Below, piece by piece: positions 61,273 to 64,000 of a DNA stretch of 64,000 nucleotides. Within the stretch, counting starts at the first letter, position 1. Every line of letters begins with the position of its first letter. Under the pieces are notes generated by a model. That model worked only from the letters and a program-made list of their open reading frames with translations, was not told where the DNA came from and ran no database searches. A program made the translations under genes and the position numbers. Origin of the DNA: Clostridia bacterium (lineage in GTDB: Bacteria > Bacillota > Clostridia > UMGS1883 > UMGS1540). The stretch spans positions 56,811-120,810 of the forward strand of contig JAZSIR010000016.1 of the NCBI GenBank assembly GCA_045533905.1, read 5' to 3'.

Positions 61273-62553
61273 TTGATAAAAATGAAAAGAAAAAGTTTTT
61301 ACATTGGGTTAGGGTTACTTGTGTTATTCATTGTTTGGACAGTAGCTCTTCGGTTCGTTGATGTGGGAGCAATCGGACCGCAAGGTTCAAGCGTTGGCTT
61401 TGCATCACTTAACAAAATGATTCACAACATCACAGGAGTGCATATGTCACTCTATACCATTACGGATTGGCTTGGGCTTGTTCCAATTTGCTTTATAATG
61501 GGATTTGGAATACTTGGACTCTGCGAGTGGATTAAAAGAAAAAATCTTTTTAAGGTCGATTACAGCATCCTCACGCTTGGCGGATTTTATATTGTTGTGA
61601 TGGCATTGTACATTTTCTTTGAAATGTTCGTTGTAAATTACAGACCAATACTTATAAACGGAATTTTAGAAGCATCATATCCTTCATCAACGACTATGCT
61701 CGTAATGTGTGTTATGCCAACTGCTATAATGCAGTTTAATGCACGCATCAAAAATAGAGAACTTAAGAAATGTGTGAACATTCTTATGCTTTCATTTATT
61801 GCTTTTATGGTAATAGGCAGACTTATTTCAGGCGTGCATTGGCTTTCGGATATTATCGGCGGTGCAATGCTCAGTAGCGGTCTTGTGCTAATATATCATT
61901 CTATACAATTATCAGGAGAAAAAGAAATGATTAAAGATAACTATATTATTCGATTAGAAAGAAAAGAAGATTACCCTGTGGTAGAAAACTTGATCCGTGA
62001 GGCGTTTTGGAATGTGTACCGTCCTGGATGTCTTGAACACTATCTCATAACGAAGTTAAGAGAGCATCCTGACTTTGTCAAGGAACTTGATTTTGTTATG
62101 GAAAAAGATGGGCAAATCATCGGGCAGAATGTATTTGTGAAAGCAAATATTAAGGCTGATGACGGAAGAAATATTCCAATTCTGACAATGGGACCTATTT
62201 GCATAACCCCTGAACTCAAAAGACAAGGATATGGTAAAATTCTGCTTGATTATTCAATCGAGAAAGCAACAGAATTTGGCTATGGTGCAGTGTGCTTTGA
62301 AGGTAATATTGACTTCTACGGAAAGAGTGGATTCACCTTTGCAAGTGAATTTGGACTTCGTTATCACGGACTACCCGAAGATGTGGATGCATCATTCTTC
62401 TTATGCAAAGAGTTAATACCCGGATATTTAAGCGGTATCACGGGAGAATACGGACCACCCGAAGTATATCTTTTCCCCGAGGAAGAAGCAGAAGAATTTG
62501 ATAAAAAATTCCCTTATAAAGAAAAACTGAAACTTCCGGGACAACTTTTCTAA
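61273..62553 (+). CDS. PAP2 phosphatase - GNAT acetyltransferase fusion
   Basis: RP...SYPSS..GRLISGVHW.SDI (PAP2) then EAFWNVYRPG..EH, GPI.I.P...RQG.G (GNAT). Confidence 0.85.
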   Translation: MIKMKRKSFYIGLGLLVLFIVWTVALRFVDVGAIGPQGSSVGFASLNKMIHNITGVHMSLYTITDWLGLVPICFIMGFGILGLCEWIKRKNLFKVDYSILTLGGFYIVVMALYIFFEMFVVNYRPILINGILEASYPSSTTMLVMCVMPTAIMQFNARIKNRELKKCVNILMLSFIAFMVIGRLISGVHWLSDIIGGAMLSSGLVLIYHSIQLSGEKEMIKDNYIIRLERKEDYPVVENLIREAFWNVYRPGCLEHYLITKLREHPDFVKELDFVMEKDGQIIGQNVFVKANIKADDGRNIPILTMGPICITPELKRQGYGKILLDYSIEKATEFGYGAVCFEGNIDFYGKSGFTFASEFGLRYHGLPEDVDASFFLCKELIPGYLSGITGEYGPPEVYLFPEEEAEEFDKKFPYKEKLKLPGQLF

Positions 62554-62561
62554 ATGCAAAT

Positions 62562-62596
62562 GGGCGGCACTTCGTTTGAGGTGCCGCCTAAAATTT
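62562..62596 (+). terminator. Terminator after cargo run
   Basis: GGCGGCACTTC-gttt-GAGGTGCCGCC. Confidence 0.65.
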
Positions 62597-62809
62597 TGCA
62601 TATAACTAATAAATTGTATATGTGAAAAGATGGTGAAGTTATAAGAGGTAAAGGGTTAAAGCGTTATTAGGGAGTTTTAATGTGTTTTTTATTTGTGTGT
62701 TGGTTTGTATTTTCTTGTACATAAAACAAGAAATTCTTGTAATCTTGTAAAAATATATTGACAAAACGGGAAAAATGTGGTAATATAACTTTTGAAAGGA
62801 GCTGATTGT

Positions 62810-63727
62810 ATGGCTACAAGCTCAAGAATACAAGAAAAAATATTGGAACTCTTATCTGACGAACAGCAACATAGTGTTCAGGATATGAAAAAATACTTAT
62901 CAGATGTCGGACTTGATGATTATACCGAAGGACAATTTGCCGGTTCGGTAAATACAATGGTTAAAAACGGTTCAATCATAAAAGTTGACAGAGGTATATA
63001 CTCTAAAGGGACAAGGGGTGTTAATATGAAAAAATGTTTTGTGGTTTCTCCCATAGGAGAAGAAGGAAGCGATACAAGGAATAATGCGGACAAGCTTTTT
63101 AAGTATATTATTAAGCCTGTATGTGATGAGTGTGATTTTGAAGCAATAAGAGTTGATAAACTCAATGATGCCAACTCTATTACACAAACAATTATTGACC
63201 ATCTCGAAAGCTCAGAATTAGTCATCGCTGATATTAGTGAACATAATCCAAACGTATTTTTTGAGATGGGATATAGAACAAGAACAAAGAAACCCATTAT
63301 ACACTTAAAAGGGAAAGGCGAAAATCTCCCATTTGATGTCACGACAATTCGTACTCTTGAATATGATTTGACCGATTTGGATAGTGTCGAAGAGGTGAAA
63401 AATCGTTTAACCAAAACGATCGAGTCATTTAATTACTCTGAAAGCACAGAAACATCAGTTGCAGAAGAACCGACAGAAAGTGCATCGCCTGCTATTATGC
63501 CAGTTTTGTATCAGATTTTAGATTCTATTAGTGATGTTAAAAATGAAATCAAGAGTATAAATACGGAAACAATCGGTACCGTTATTAAAAGTATGCAGAA
63601 TACTCAACCTCAAATGTCACAAGACACAGCACTTCAGATGCAGCTGATCAGCGGATTAATGCAAAACCCTGATAGCTTTATGAAATTAATAGAGTTTTCT
63701 GAGAAATTACCAAAGGGAAGAAAATAA
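62810..63727 (+). CDS. wHTH + nucleoside 2-deoxyribosyltransferase/TIR-like protein
   Basis: CFVVSPIG...R.D...I...I.....LVIAD.S..NPNVF.E.G......PFDV...RT..Y; N-terminal wHTH ending RGIY; own TTGACA-17bp-TAATAT promoter. Confidence 0.75.
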   Translation: MATSSRIQEKILELLSDEQQHSVQDMKKYLSDVGLDDYTEGQFAGSVNTMVKNGSIIKVDRGIYSKGTRGVNMKKCFVVSPIGEEGSDTRNNADKLFKYIIKPVCDECDFEAIRVDKLNDANSITQTIIDHLESSELVIADISEHNPNVFFEMGYRTRTKKPIIHLKGKGENLPFDVTTIRTLEYDLTDLDSVEEVKNRLTKTIESFNYSESTETSVAEEPTESASPAIMPVLYQILDSISDVKNEIKSINTETIGTVIKSMQNTQPQMSQDTALQMQLISGLMQNPDSFMKLIEFSEKLPKGRK

Positions 63728-63741
63728 TTAGTAGAGAATGT

Positions 63742-63870
63742 TGGCAACAATATGGCAACAAAATATTGAAAAGTCAAAAGAATTATGGTAATATATAGAA
63801 TGTGACCACTACGAAACACGATTTATTAGCTTATTCAGTTGAGGTTATAAAACCATGAGCGAGTGGGAAT
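63742..63870 (+). repeat. attR: arm repeat plus core
   Basis: TGGCAACAATATGGCAACA at 63742-63760; CGAGTGGGAAT followed by AA, regenerating the guaA end. Confidence 0.8.
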
Positions 63871-63919
63871 AAATTTCGCGAAAGACAACCCATACAACTA
63901 AATACATTCACACAAAGTG

Positions 63920-64000
63920 TCGGGTATGCCGCAAGGCTTTGGCAAGGCGTATCCGGTGAAAAGGGAATGGGGTGAGAATCCCCTGCGGTTAAACTGTCGG
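63920..64000 (+). ncRNA. Probable cobalamin riboswitch, 5' part (truncated by window)
   Basis: AAAAGGGAA-TGG-GGTGAGAATCC-CC-TGCGG matches the B12-element core. Confidence 0.5.

Larger units (their letters stand above)
45286..63870. mobile_element. Integrative mobilizable element (~18.6 kb) in the 3' end of guaA
   Basis: Direct repeat CGAGTGGGAAT at 45286-45296 and 63860-63870; sharp GC drop; tyrosine integrase, xis, relaxase and mobC; no VirB4/VirD4. Confidence 0.9.

Noticed and set aside
45286-63870. Prophage or full ICE interpretation
   Set aside because: No capsid, terminase or tail genes, and no VirB4, VirD4 or mating-pair genes.

Overview
Window from a Clostridia-like (Bacillota) chromosome with two parts. 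Positions 1-45298 are GC-richer core genome: fusA (partial)-tuf; an amino-acid ABC transporter with a palindromic operator; tmcAL, metY, a repeat-containing polysaccharide deacetylase and fused feoA-feoB; recJ-relA-hemZ-galTK; metA-pth-mfd-prsA-yebC; a lysine riboswitch with an NhaC/LysW transporter; a DeoR / SorE-like dehydrogenase / E2 / E3 / fused-E1 operon; tRNA-Leu(GAG); and a guaA that has only the synthase domain. Positions ~45286-63870 are an AT-rich ~18.6 kb integrative mobilizable element in the 3' end of guaA, with an 11-bp direct repeat CGAGTGGGAAT, TGGCAAC arm repeats, a tyrosine integrase, xis, a repressor, an AAA ATPase, TnpV, MobC and a MOBP relaxase, but no T4SS. Most notable inside the element: (i) a co-oriented run of unrelated cargo genes whose junctions carry a recurrent quasi-palindrome YAAATT-CC-AATTTR, suggesting gene cassettes; (ii) an HNH nuclease overlapping a minimal nucleotidyltransferase with no HEPN partner; (iii) an orphan palindromic array with strict 23-bp period resembling a RepA_N origin without repA; (iv) an internal diverged copy of the left attachment arm, suggesting tandem accretion; (v) a wHTH plus deoxyribosyltransferase/TIR-like gene at the right end. 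A probable cobalamin riboswitch begins at the window edge. All calls come from motif recognition by eye; no searches were run.
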